Shown here piece by piece: positions 1 to 12,084 of a DNA stretch of 64,000 bases (positions within the stretch are counted from its first letter, which is position 1; each line of letters starts with the position of its first letter). The notes under the pieces were generated by a model. The model saw only the letters and a list, made by a program, of their open reading frames with translations, did no database searches and was not told the origin of the DNA. A program made the position numbers and the translations under genes. The stretch is from contig RDEW01000003.1 of NCBI GenBank assembly GCA_011109175.1, forward strand, positions 1,422,429 to 1,486,428. Reading direction: 5' to 3'. This DNA is from Dicyema japonicum (Eukaryota > Animalia > Dicyemida).

Positions 1-1140
1 TGACAAATGGTTCGTAACAAGTCTTCTCCGCGATGACATTATCGTCCACATCAAATATCTTTTTAAGCTGTGTCTAAAAAAAACTAGAGGTATTTCTTCT
101 TCAGCATAGTAGGTACCATCCGGTTTCTTGAGCACAATCTTGTTTGCGATTGACTCTGGGTTCCTCACTCTTCGGTGTACCTTCCAGAAATAGGGATTGT
201 GTTTGTTTAGCTTCCTTAGTTGAGAGTTCCACTTATTCTCATTCCAACTTTTGAATTGTTCCGACAACTGCTTTTGTAGTTCGTCGATTTTGTGAGGCAA
301 TGCTAAGCGGTCGTGTGGATCTACGTATCTCCTCAGTTTGGTCCTTAGATTATTTCTTTTCAATACAGTCTTCTTGATGTGCCATAGAATAGGGACAACA
401 TTATCGTTTCTTGAGTATATTTTTCTAGCAAAGTTACCCAGATAGATTAATATCAGATCCGTTACTCGTTTAATCAATTTTCAGACGAGTCTTGGGCTCA
501 GTATGCCCTAACATCGATTCCTTTACAATGATCATCCTATAGTGATTCCAGTTTAGATTCTTGGTATCGTAACCGACAGAGACTCCAGGTCCATTAATCA
601 TTTTCATATCCACAGATATTAGCAATGCAATGTGGTCACTACCAATATCCGAAAGAGTACATGGTTCGTCGGCGTATTCTGAAATAGCAGGGGAAATCAA
701 GAAGACACCAAGCTTGTCATTTTCGTAGGGAGAGATATGGTTATCCTCTTTCGACTTTACTTCTAGGCCTTTAGATAGCTTCATCAGGAGCTTGCCATCC
801 CTGTTACTCTTCTTGCAGCCAAAGGATGTGCTCTTGGAGTTGAGATCACCTCCCAGTATGGTCATCGGGTTTTCACTGAAGAACTGGGAGATATCTCCGG
901 TACATTCTCTCAAGGATTTGGAATACATACCGCCAATTGCGAGCCATCCGTCGACACAACGAACATCAATGGCGACAAACTCACAACAAATTGATGAAAC
1001 AATTCTCGGATTTCTTGTCTTTAGATGACACCGATAAAAAATTGATGTTCCAGTCCTTGGTATAGCCCCTTCTTTCCAGTATAAAGATATCGATTCGAAA
1101 CCCGGGAGTACCGTATTCTCACTTGACTTCATTTTCGTTT
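1..1140 (-). mobile_element. LINE ORF2 remnant (APE endonuclease plus linker; runs off the window start)
   Basis: ORF 470-1132 carries EEP endonuclease motifs ILGGDLNSK and DIGSDHIALLI. Downstream translation gives the typical ORF2 linker ..KWNSQLRKLNKHNPYFWKVHRR.. Confidence 0.8.
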
Positions 1141-1301
1141 CGTTGACAATTATTGTGACCGGTTGAATACGAGCCGTTAAAGCCGTTAGAAATCAATAAT
1201 TTTTAATGAAAAATAAATCAATAAATTAATTAATTCCTATCTTTATAATTAGTAATTTTAATAATTTTATTTCTCACAAATTTTCATTTTCTTAACGGCT
1301 A

Positions 1302-1564
1302 ACTCCGCATAGGCAGGACATACACTTTATTTAAGTAAAGGACAGTTTATTTTAACTAATCGTAGAACCAAGGAATGATCTTCATTTCTATTTTCTTTTT
1401 CTTGTGTGTGGGTCCTTTTTTGATTATCCAGTTCCACAGTGAGAGTCCACTGATGACGGAGTCACTCTTCAAGCCTTTTAGCATCGTAGATGAGTGGAAC
1501 CTTCCACCAGGTGAACAGCAACGAGAATTGAATTCGTAACCTAAGTCACTTTAGCTCGACACCT
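1302..1564 (-). mobile_element. tRNA-derived SINE copy, 5'-truncated
   Basis: Reverse complement aligns over about 260 bp with the copies at 29639-29975 and 44013-44333 (aggtgtcg..gttcacctggtggaaggttccac..catcagtgg..aaataaagtgt..cctgcctat). Confidence 0.9.
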
Positions 1565-1609
1565 AGAATAGTAATAGATTTTTGTTCACGCTTGTTTTTG
1601 CTTTTTGTT

Positions 1610-2600
1610 ATGAAGGTTGTCTATTTTACTCTGTTACAAAAGCAAGAAATAATAACCTTATCTGAGATACCAAATTTTTCCATCCAATTTGCTGAAGGAA
1701 AGACGAAATTTCATAAGAACTGCGTCATTATTCAGACTAAAAGACTCATTGCCGACTCAACTAGTTTTTTCAAAACAAGTGGAATTTTATTAACACGTGG
1801 TCGCTGTGGAAGAAGATGAACAGAAGAGGATATTTATTGAAAATGTTCACCTCAAAAATGGACATCCTGGTCGTGATAGACTTCTTTCTCTTCTAAAGAA
1901 TCTAGTCTATGCATCTTGCAGAGATGAAGTTATGGTTGTTCTCAGGTCTTGTTCACAATGTCTGGCAAGACGGCTTATGAACACTCGACCAACTATAACA
2001 CCTATCAGAGCATATACAGTGAGAGAAAGGTACTAATTAACTATTCTAATTTCAGGTATATTTTTGATTTAGTTGATCTACGACACTATTCAAATTTCAA
2101 TGAAAATTTTTTCTGGCTTTTGGTTGGGTTGGATTCCTTTTCCAAATTTTGCTGGACAAGACTTCTAAAGAGTAAATCGGCTATGGAGGTGTCAAGTGCA
2201 ATAGAGCATAATTTTAATGTTTTGAAAACCAACCATTTTGCACACGGACAATGGCAAGGAATTTGTAAATGAAAAAATGTTCGAGTTATGCTCAACATTG
2301 GTATAAAGCACGTCAGGGAACGTCCTAGGTGTTATGGGTGCAAGGACAACCACCATAACTCGTTCCGTGATCATCGGAATTTGCAGTTGATACAGGATCT
2401 TATATTGTTCGGTTCTGGGCACTCCGGGGAACTTTGTGGTCCTCCACAGATGAAACATTTCTTTGCCCAATTGCAATATGCCCGAAATATTGACAATCAA
2501 ATATCTTGAAGGTGGTCTTCTGGCCCACTCACAATCGATTTCTATCCATCCAATGACAGACGTAGCTTCTGCCCGTGACGTTAAGCTCATCTTCACAACA
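1610..2600 (+). pseudogene. Ginger-like DDE integrase (H2C2 zinc finger plus rve core) with a 26-nt intron; degenerate
   Basis: HLKNGHPGRDRL..CSQC zinc finger, then FDLVDL..LDSFSKF..LHTDNGKEFVN core. Removing GT-AG intron 2030-2055 joins VRER|YIFD in frame. In-frame stop near 1790 and later frameshifts. Confidence 0.8.
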
Positions 2601-2610
2601 ATTCCATGAT

Positions 2611-2686
2611 TTTCATTCCATGCTCTTGTCTATATCCGAGAGTTCAACTTTCATTCCATGCTCTTGTCTATATCCGAGAGTTCAAC
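2611..2686. repeat. 38-bp perfect tandem duplication
   Basis: tttcattccatgctcttgtctatatccgagagttcaac at 2611-2648 and 2649-2686. Confidence 0.95.
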
Positions 2687-2689
2687 CAA

Positions 2690-5150
2690 TGATCTGTCGA
2701 CTCCACTCTGGTCGCCGATTTGGGTTTGTCTTTCCCAGTTAACGGTTCCAGAGACAGATCCTTAATGCTTTCAATACAGCTTTTCTTTAAAACCTCTCCA
2801 GAGATAGCTTTTTTGATTTTATTAATCCTNTTTTTTAACGACTGCATCACCACACAAAAACGAGTAAATTAACTAATCAAGCGGATTTTAATCCAGATTG
2901 GTGGTAATCCTCCTTCTCTTAGAAGAGTGTGCCATAACCTCCCTGTTACTCCGCATCTCCACATCAAATTCAGTCAAAATATCTTCTTTAGAGTTCAGTG
3001 GGCTATCCTCACGACATATCAGTTCTACAAGTTGGGAGGTAGCAGAGGCGTATTCTTCACCGTATACCTTTTTTCCATGCTTATGTTAATGAACATACTT
3101 TCGAGCGTTCTCTTTAGCGCAACCGATTGGATGTATGTCATCTTTGATTCTTCAATAGATAATTTATCCATTTGATTCTTGAAGCATCTTGAGATAACTT
3201 TATCCCATGTCAAAACCACTGGAATAATCTTCACTTAATTCATAGAGTAGCGAAAGTTCATTTGCAAGCTAGTCATTTTAGAAAGCTCGACATTTGTTTC
3301 ATCAATACATTTGAAAAAAATAGTGTAATTTTCTGCAATAAATTTTATTTAATAAATATTTCATCTGAGTGTCCTTGAGGGACTTAACATCCATGCTTTC
3401 CCTATCGAAAATTCTATATTTAGAGGCAAGAAATCCTGCGATCTTAGCTTTCTTTATTTGCAGGTTTGAGGTTCAACTTGAGTGACGCAAGCAGTTGCTG
3501 TAATAGCATTTTCAAGTATGGACTCCATAACTTTGTTTTTAAGAACATTACTTCCCTTGTCTTCAAGAACACCCAAATATCGATATCCATTGACTCCTTC
3601 CAGAGTCTCACATCATGATAACGATTTAACATTAGAGGCTGACTTTTCCGAATTCATCTTCATGCCGGCAACATGAAAGAATTCGCGAACAACTTCCATC
3701 ATTTTAAATATTTCTTCTTTTAGTCCAAATATTTTTAGGTCATCAATGAAAAACAAATGATTGGTAGAATAAGCCAGAATATTAGGATCCTCTTGATTAA
3801 TTTGGAGTCTTAGGAACATAGAGTTAAGGATCCTGCTCAAGGGTTCCACTGCCATAACAAATAGTTGAGGGGATAATGAATCTCCTTGCAGCATTCCACG
3901 TCCCAGCTTTACAGAACCAATTCTTCTTCCATCTAAGTGGAGATTTACAGTCCACTTCTTGACTATGGTCTTTATTAAGTTACAATCCAACGGGGTATTC
4001 CTGAACAGTCCAATAGATGAAATAAAAATTCATGATCAACAGAATCAAAGGCCTTCTTCACATCCACCCAAGCAGAATAAAGGGCGTTTCCATACTCCTT
4101 ATTTAAGCATTGATTAATAAGGGCCTGTTCCTTAGCGCCCTGACAATGTTTCCTCGTTTCCAGCTGATTGTCAGATAATAGACCAAACGAATCCACAAAA
4201 TCTGAGAGTTTAGAATTAACACATTTAGTAACAAGCTTATATAATGTTGGCATACACGTTATAGGACGTAAGTCTTAAGAAGTCTCGCAATCATCCTTTT
4301 TAGGTATTAAATAGGTTATTCCAGTATAAAACTAACTTTCAGGCATATATTCTCCATTAATAGTTCGATTAATCTCAGTATATGAAAAACCATGTACAGA
4401 TTCCATTTTCTTAATAAAGAAATTGTATGACCCATCGCATCCATACGCCTTCCAATCGGGGAGCCATTTAATAACATCCAGGATAAACTCATTTGTGAAC
4501 TCTGACAACATGCCTTTAATAACAGTATTTACTTTACCCACACTGTCATATGGCACGTGCATCTCTTTTCTTTTAGACCACACTTTTTTCCAGAACGACA
4601 TACAATCCTCATCATAAAAACCTAATTCAAAACAACAGTTGTCCTTACGAAAGTCCTTCCTCAAATAATGTACAGCTATTTGCTTCTTCTTAATTCTGAA
4701 GGTCACACAGTAGAGCCTCAATTCTGGCAAGCTCCCCCTTTTGTATCCATGGGCACAAAGAACATCCATAACCTTTTGTTTTTTCAAACACAGAGAGAGC
4801 CTGTGTAGAAAAACGATTGACAAGTTTTAATTCTGCGACAGCATTGAAATTTTCTTATTAGTGTTCTCCAACCATGTAAGAATATCAGTAATTTGATATC
4901 TTGAGGAGGATTATCTTTCGGAATATAATAAATTGCAGAATTTAGTCCCGACAAAATATTAACTCTGACATACTTTCTCTGAATTTTGGTGTGGTTTTCG
5001 AGTATCCCTCGGGATTGACTTAATTTTATCAGCTGGGAAGCCTGCTGCCTCGAGAGTTCGCGAAATAATTCATGCGGTGTGACGAGGAAAGCGACCTGCA
5101 CTCCTTTTGAAAGACAATGTTGATAAATCATTTGTTGTCAAATGACCCTC
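2690..5150 (-). mobile_element. R4/Dong-like non-LTR retrotransposon remnant (RT region, frameshifted)
   Basis: RT motifs WKAYGCDG, QGAKEQALIN, WVDVKKAFDSVDH, QGDSLSPQLF, NHLFFIDDLKIF, YRYLG spread over several frames. The NHL..DDLK pattern is typical of the R4 clade. Confidence 0.8.
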
Positions 5151-5578
5151 CAAAACGACATAGCATCGCAGAATTATATCAAACTTTGCAATCACCAGAA
5201 TTGTATAATAAATTATGCCTAAATCTATTTGGCTAAAACAGGGTAAGAAGATAAGTACTAAGTAATATGTAGTGATTAATCTACAGCCTAAAGAAAACTA
5301 ACTGTGCTGCTATAAAGTGTCCAACTCGAAACTTTTTTTGAAAAGTTTCATTAGAGAGGAGCAAGAACGTTGCATTCATAATAAACGGTATAATAATCAG
5401 TATGATGATAACCCACCCCCATCGCGCGAATGGTAGTCACTGATAATATGATAATCCAAGTCAAACAATAAACAAAGAACGATTAAAGCTACAAAATAAA
5501 TCGGGTCCTTTTAGCGTTAGAAAGAAGCCGCATTCCTCATATTAAGCACTCCTCTCCCGATTAGTCCGAGCTGGGGTT

Positions 5579-7263
5579 TTAGACATCAACTGACCTGTCC
5601 TCACTACAATGCAAACAACACCAACCAGGAGTTGCAACCAATCTAGCCTTCTTCTCCCTCGCGGCAATCACAGAAGGCAGTACATTCCGTTCCGCCTTAT
5701 CCACACTCTCCTCAACTGAATAACCCAAGCACTTACACTCATCACAAATGGGCTTCAAAACAACTATGAACTTTTCCATATCAGCGAGCGCACGGTCCAC
5801 ATCCATCATCGAAGTAATAACCTTCAATAACACCATCAGCTCACCTTGGCAGAAATCTCAATCTCCATCCTGGAAATACCTAAAATGACCGCCAAAAATA
5901 CATTTGCAAAAACGGTTGCAATAAATACAGGAGCCCTCACGTATCGGCTTCTTGATCTCCACCTCCTTGGCCATCTCCGCAAACTGCATCACTTTCTGTG
6001 GAAATCATCCCTCATAATACAATATTCTCATCAAAATCAGAAACAGCCGGTTTGCAGCACACAAGCATGTTAACAGCTCCATTCCCATCGAAATAGTACT
6101 TGAAGAGATGGGTGAGCTTTGAGTTCCTGTAGGGGACAAGCTGCCAATAACAAAACCCTAACCTTTTGTTCTCCATTCCGTTGGTTGTCCCTCAGACACT
6201 CAATGCAACTTCTCAAGGCCATCAGAGAGTTGTTTATGCATCCTAAGTAACGTAAGTAACATACCAACCTGCCTCCCTCAGCCGTACTCCCTTGTTCATA
6301 GTCCGCCCAGCTCTTTCACTCCCAGCCAGATCAACAAAAGAGATAATATTCGAGGTAACGTCCCCCTTACAATCAAATTCAAATATACCGCCAAAATTCG
6401 GACAAACTTTAATATAAATATGACGTGGCTCCGAGATGAGGATATGTTGAGGAAGTCTCACACATTTTCCTCCGTTTATTACCTGGATATGACAACCACG
6501 AACCTTTCGCTAGAATATTCATGGCTTCATTGAAATTTCCCACCTCAATCTCTATAGCATTCATGACGTAGCATCTGTGCAGTTTATCCTCCCTGATGGT
6601 TTTGGAACTGTTCCTTTAGTCAATACCAATACTACCCTTTCCTCACGTCGAGTTCTTCGTCCAGAAGGTCGAAGACAGAGTTGTTGTAGATCTCTATGTA
6701 TGACACGAACACAGTGTTGTACTCAGCAGTAGGGGCAACGTCCATTTGGTCCTTTAGTGGACCACTTTGCTTCAACGCAAAACCGTTGTGCCCGTCCGAA
6801 TGAACCAGCTTCAATTTTAACGAAAAAATACGTTTTTTGAATTTCTCTGGAGCAATAGAGTTAAAGAGATAATTAATGGAGTAAGGAAGAACTCCAGGGT
6901 CGGCGGTTGTTCCGTTCATGGTGTAGGTTTTTCCCGATCCGGTAACACCGTATAGGAATATGAGGCTATCCTCCCCGAAAAAGAGGTTTTCAATAGATTG
7001 GAGACAGCAGGCATTGAATATGTCCTTTTGTGAGGAATTCACGTCGAAGATACGGTCGAAACGGTAAGTGGTTTTGGAAAGATTTTCGTCGTTCTGTGAG
7101 TATGATAAGATTGGAGTACCTTTAGCTTGAATGAGACTGATATTCCGTCTGTGGAATATTCGAAGGGAATGTCAGTTTTTGGTAAAACTCGGAACCGACA
7201 GAATACCTGAATTTATGTAAAATTGATTACTTTGAGCGAACTATCAACAACAGTGTGCGACAT
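5579..7263 (-). CDS. KIF23: Kinesin-6 family motor (KIF23/MKLP1-like), multi-exon, short C-terminus
   Basis: ATG 7263. Introns 7207-7230 (24 nt) and 7094-7119 (26 nt) give VFCRFR..FDRIF. Motifs [47 protein letters not shown] and [11 protein letters not shown] are kinesin-6 signatures. The 3' end is uncertain. Confidence 0.85.
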
Positions 7264-7383
7264 GGATAACCGAATACAAGCGCGTATTTTATTTCCGAAT
7301 TAAAATATTTTTTATTTTAATATTAATTAAAAAATAATAATAAATCGTTTATTTTTTAATTGAATTATTTAGATTTCCTAATA

Positions 7384-7538
7384 CAGACAAACCTCTCGAA
7401 TCCGCTTGTTTTAATCGATAATTTCGAATTTTAGATTGTAAATTTTTAACTAGAATAGATTATTTAACGTTTAAATTGTTTCTCGGATCCGCTTTTTTTG
7501 GCCGGTCCCAAAATCGGTGGATTCGAGAGGTTTTACTG
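7384..7538. mobile_element. Tigger/pogo-type MITE (155 bp)
   Basis: TIRs cagacaaacctctcgaatccgc / gtggattcgagaggttttactg flanked by TA on both sides. The TIR matches the element starting at 63313. Confidence 0.85.
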
Positions 7539-7569
7539 TATATTTATTTAACTTACTAAAAAGTTTATC

Positions 7570-7920
7570 AGGAATAATGAAGATTACAGACAATACATCG
7601 AGTCATGTTTCTCATATGCATACGCTTCGTGGAGACCGTCCATATCTTTGGCAAATATGAGGAAAGTCGAGTAAAAGAGGGCTTTCATAGTGGCATTTCA
7701 TTAGATTTGTGGAGATCATCGAAGCAGACCAACGCCTCTGAAAAACCTTATGAGACTAGAATGCGGCCCGTATATTCAGTCAGTCGTTCGTACGATTATG
7801 CGTGGTCACGAGGAAGGAACACCGAACAAAGATGAGGTCACTGTTGAAATGCATGGGGATCACGCGATAATTAGTTTGTTTTTACCGTGGTCTTGGGTTG
7901 TTAAATAAATAAAATAAATA
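7570..7920 (+). mobile_element. LINE 3' fragment with terminal stem-loop and (TAAA)n tail
   Basis: YRQYIESCFSYAYASWRPSIS (post-RT region), stem arms ggatcacg 7857 / cgtggtct 7886, then aaataaataaaataaa. Confidence 0.75.
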
Positions 7921-8063
7921 AACTTACAAAAATTAACTATAAATCCTTTAAAATAGTAATATTTTTTTTAACTACTTAATTGTACCGGATTTGTATTAAT
8001 AATACTAGTAATACTAATTATTGGTTTAAAACAAATTAATATTAGTTAAAAGGTTATTTTCAA

Positions 8064-8145
8064 GACAGGTCTCTATTATGGTCTGAGCACGCAATGGGAG
8101 TTAGCACTTATGATCGCCATCTTGTCATTCTAGGCTCTCCCTTCC
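8064..8145 (-). mobile_element. CRE-clade retrotransposon 3' tip (internally deleted relative of 30560-30735)
   Basis: Aligns with 30625-30735 with two microhomology deletions; translates GEPRMTRW..AIISANSHCVL. Confidence 0.7.
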
Positions 8146-8169
8146 TAGTTTTATTAGTTCTGTAGTCGT

Positions 8170-8350
8170 GATGGCGTGGTGTCATAAGCGCCGGGGAAAA
8201 TCCGAAAAACCAACTCTCACGCCTATATGGGCCCGGGTTCGATCTCACTGATGTAAGTTCCGGCTAAAGGTTTCACATCTACTATGCTTCGGATATGACG
8301 AGCTTACATCTATTGAATGTCTGCTGACTCTTATGATTAATGAAAAGCCT
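8170..8350 (+). mobile_element. Diverged SINE copy with extra sequence between A and B boxes
   Basis: A-box-like tggcgtggtgtcataagcg, B-box gggttcgatctc, then a body homologous to the 55145 copy (catctac..atgct..tgacgag). Confidence 0.65.
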
Positions 8351-8379
8351 TGGCTTGCTTATTCTCATAAGCATGGAGA

Positions 8380-9378
8380 GACTTCAGACTCAGCAGACAT
8401 AGAAATCCAATGTTCTGAATTAAGTATCGAATGACGAATTATACTGGTTTGAAGTCCGCTGGTTGAAAATTAAAAACTTGTAGGATCATCTGTCTGAATC
8501 TACACGTGTAGGATAATATGATTATATGTTGCTAATCATAGTAACTGATAATTCACTTAAGGCTGACTGGATTAAAACAGACATTGATGCCAATTTCCTC
8601 ATTTCTAATCTCCTATTAGTCCTTAAGAAATGGGATTACAGGCTGTATCCACCTAAATGAGATAACGTATATTGTATTGATCTGGATAAAGAAAAATCAA
8701 TTGTGGATAAAGAATATAGTTCAACCTCCTGGCTTAGTAACAATTAGACTACCTGATTAATGCTCATTGAAGTGTTTTTATGGACTGTGACATTTATTAT
8801 TGATCGGCATTTATATATCTTATTTTGATCAAAAAATCTTGTGTTTAACAATTATATTTGTTGATATCACGTTACTTATACGCTCATAAGCTCATGTTAG
8901 AAAGAATTTGAGACGAATTCCAATAATGAGAGGTGACAATTTATTCACGTGACATCACTGAATCACTATATTTCCACCATTTTGAGTGATTAATTTACTT
9001 ACCTACTTGATCGAATGATATTTTCGTTCTTTGCATTTTTAATTCCTCAGAAGTGTCATGGGAAGACCCTAAAGATGATCAGTGTGTTGCAGGAATCCAA
9101 AAAAAATCCTCGCTTCCCTACTTCAATTGAGGGATTTCCACAGTTGCGAATATGGATGGCAGTGATGATTTGGAAGATGCGCCTCACTACGGCCGTGAGG
9201 ACTGGACAAAATTTCTTTCAGGTATATACGGGGATATTAAAATAAAAAAAACGATTAATTCGCAGAGATTTTCTTTCAAGTAAAGTGTGAAATACTTACT
9301 TTTCCTCGAGACCCAATCAAGGGAATTTGAGAAGTGTCCAAGCCACGTTACAGGACTAAATACTATACCTTCCAACTA
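8380..9378 (+). CDS. Unidentified multi-exon gene (boundaries approximate)
   Basis: Open stretches separated by short GT-AG segments, ending ..EIFFQVKCEILTFLETQSREFEKCPSHVTGLNTIPSN*. No family recognised. Confidence 0.3.
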
Positions 9379-9399
9379 ACTCCTACGTTCTGTCATTAA

Positions 9400-10500
9400 T
9401 TAAGTAGTTGATTTTGGTTACTTTTTCCAGAGTTGATATTACATCCGTGGGAATCATGTAAGATTCACAGTGTCTTTTAGTTCTTGTGATTGCTAGTTTT
9501 TTATAAATTAAGTTGATAACCAAAAAAATTTAATACAAGTTCTACAGGCACAGATCTCCGTGAATCTCGTTTGGAATCCTGATAGGATAGCCACGAAGTC
9601 AGGGCAGATACCATATGGGTTTCGGATTGATTTTTTAACGAATAATTAATTGTGTCCAACGAAAATACAAATGAAAATGAAAAAAATTAAATCCCATTTT
9701 TTGGGATAGTTGGGGGAAGGGGGGGAATTAAAACTCATCACAACTGACCTTATGCAAGAGTCTAACTAATTCTGAGATAGGTACATAGATCTGTGTATTG
9801 ATTTAAAATTTCACGAAATGAAAAAGCACCATGGCTTGATAATTTCAAGGATCAGTGAACCTAATGAAAGACATCACTGGAATCCAGACTCTCACGCTAA
9901 TTGATATCAATTTTGTTTCTAAACAACTTGACTCTGATAAGTTCCCCAAATGTACTTTTATCAGTAACCTCTTTGTTAGCTATGTTTTCGAAAGTAACTT
10001 CAATTGGCAGATTTGAAATCCTTGTAAAAATCAGTCAAAGGATCACATTAATTCGTAAATTTGGAGGTTACTGAAAAAGACTATTTTTCCTACCAGTCGA
10101 TGATGTTTAGATTTCTTCAAAGTTATGGAAATAGTTTTCTTAAGCAGCGAAGTAGGTTGTAACTATTGGATCACTTTGAAGCTTCAGCCCCACGTGCTTT
10201 TTGTAAGAAACTAATTTGCTTGATGATAGCTTAAAATCATCTCAAATAAGTAAGATGGAATCCAAGGAAGCACTGAACAGTAAATACCTACAACTATGCT
10301 CTTCTATCTTGGTCTCACTTTTCATCAACTTTTAATAGATTCAAAATCTCAGTATATGACTACCACTGGTTGTGTCTTGATCTTCACTAAGGAAACGAAA
10401 CTGACTCGTCCAAAGAAAACTTTTACTCATATAGTGCTTAGGTAACTTACCACTTGTTCGATTCATTATATGACATTGATAATATGCTGAATATATTAAG
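9400..10500 (-). CDS. Unidentified probable multi-exon gene
   Basis: Exon-like open stretches such as ..RISNLPIEVTFENIANKEVTDKSTFGELIRVKLFRNK.. No family recognised. Confidence 0.25.
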
Positions 10501-10977
10501 ATTAGTTATTTAGTACAACATGCAATTATCATGTCAGAAAATAATTTACAAAAACCAACTCTCACGCCTATAAAACCATTAAGATTTAACTGAAGATTTC
10601 AGCAAAGAATTTAGTTCATCGTCATGCGCGTCATTATGAATGCATGATGAGATGAACTTCTCTAAGAGCCAAGTCATAGTTCTATGAAAAATAAGCCGAT
10701 GATAAACCAATTCACACATCTGATGAACCATTACGACCTAACACCGAAGATCCCAAATGCATTGACGACAATACTGCATTGAACATTCTGAGAATCATGC
10801 CACTAGCTCTCTTATAACAGAAAAGCCCACTGTATTGGTAAAAAAATCTAAAAAACTAACCAAATTAATTAAAAGTTTAGCACACACCAATTTTTCAAAA
10901 TCGACAAAAACGGAAAATATCAATAAATCGATCATAACCATTAACAATCTCAGTTAACAAAAATAAGCAAATATTAG

Positions 10978-11978
10978 TTACAAATAAAGATCCTTAGTCA
11001 AAGTGGAGACCATTTGGGGGACCTGCTTTTTGCCACCAAACTCCCCCAGAGCGTTAGACTCGAACTCATAGGCCACTAAATGTGACGCTCGGGAAACTAT
11101 CTTCACAAAGTCGAGCCGATCCTTGAATTCCGCTATGCATGCACATAAAGCCTGCACAAACCAGGATCCGTAGGACGAGTTCCTCCAAGAGAAGTACCCT
11201 ACGAAGTCCTCACCACCACAAACCTTCAACAGTCGAATAGATCGTTAGAAAGTCAGCTTCCGAAGGGATTTTACTTACGGCTCCACACGTACTGTCAATT
11301 GCATCGTAAACCTCGACTCCCTTCATCAGTCGGTCCCCTCGGCAGGCCTGTACAATGAAAATCTTCGGTTTTCCAGCCAAGGAGGGGCACATGTCAGCTT
11401 TGAAAGGATCTAACAAGCTGCTGAGGTTGAGAGGGGCATCAACTCCATAAACGTAGTTGGCATCTCCGTGACTAAGAACTGCACAGACGAACATGTCGCA
11501 GTCCTCGTGGCTCGTTGAGGCGGCTGACGATGATTCCACAAAAAAACCTTGGATCAGTAACTTTTTCATGTTGCAAGCAGTCACGTTGTTGAATACTTTG
11601 ACGAATTTTTTGCTGAATCCCAGAGTTTCTATGAGCCGTTTGTAGAGGATTTCGGCGTCTTGATCGGTCCCGTTTCTCGTTGACATTTGTGTGGCCGGGT
11701 GGAAGTCTCGGTTGTTGATTATCACGGCATATCCGCGACTTTTGTGGTTCATTTTGTAATTTAGAGAAACATCTGGTATTTTTCTACTGTTTAGTTAAAG
11801 AAAACTCTATGGAATCCTTAAATTGAGGGATTGCTTTTAAAGGAGGAGATTTGCTAGCATCCAGGGAGTCCCCAGGAAGGTCAAAGAAATCTAAATTTAT
11901 TCTAATTTTCTTACCGCAGCTGTAAATCCAAGCGTCATCATTGTCATCTCCCATACACAAATTAATGGTATACATCAT
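10978..11978 (-). CDS. Short-prodomain effector caspase (caspase-3/7-like)
   Basis: YKMNHKSRGYAVIINN, LSHG catalytic His, KPKIFIVQACRG catalytic Cys, IPSEADFL, GSWFVQAL. 24-25-nt introns restore QAASTSH and STVEGYFSWR. Likely ATG at 11954. Confidence 0.92.
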
Positions 11979-12084
11979 ATTATTATCAATTGGTTAACCA
12001 ATTTAAAATTTATTTTTTATATTAAAATCATGTTAATTATTAGTAAAATCGAAAACTTACGATACTACTGATTGTTTAGTATTA

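Noticed and set aside
1170-1302. AT-rich segment bounded by agccgtta(a)gaaa inverted repeats, a possible MITE
   Set aside because: The TIR is short, no TSD is identifiable and no second copy is in the window, so it is not supportable as a feature.
1445-1475. CTGATGA in the SINE minus strand, suggesting a hammerhead ribozyme
   Set aside because: No stem II closed by GAAA follows in any copy; it is the antisense of the SINE body.
7500-7520. gccggtcccaa resembling a twister ribozyme core
   Set aside because: The remaining twister pairings are absent and the sequence lies inside the Tigger MITE.
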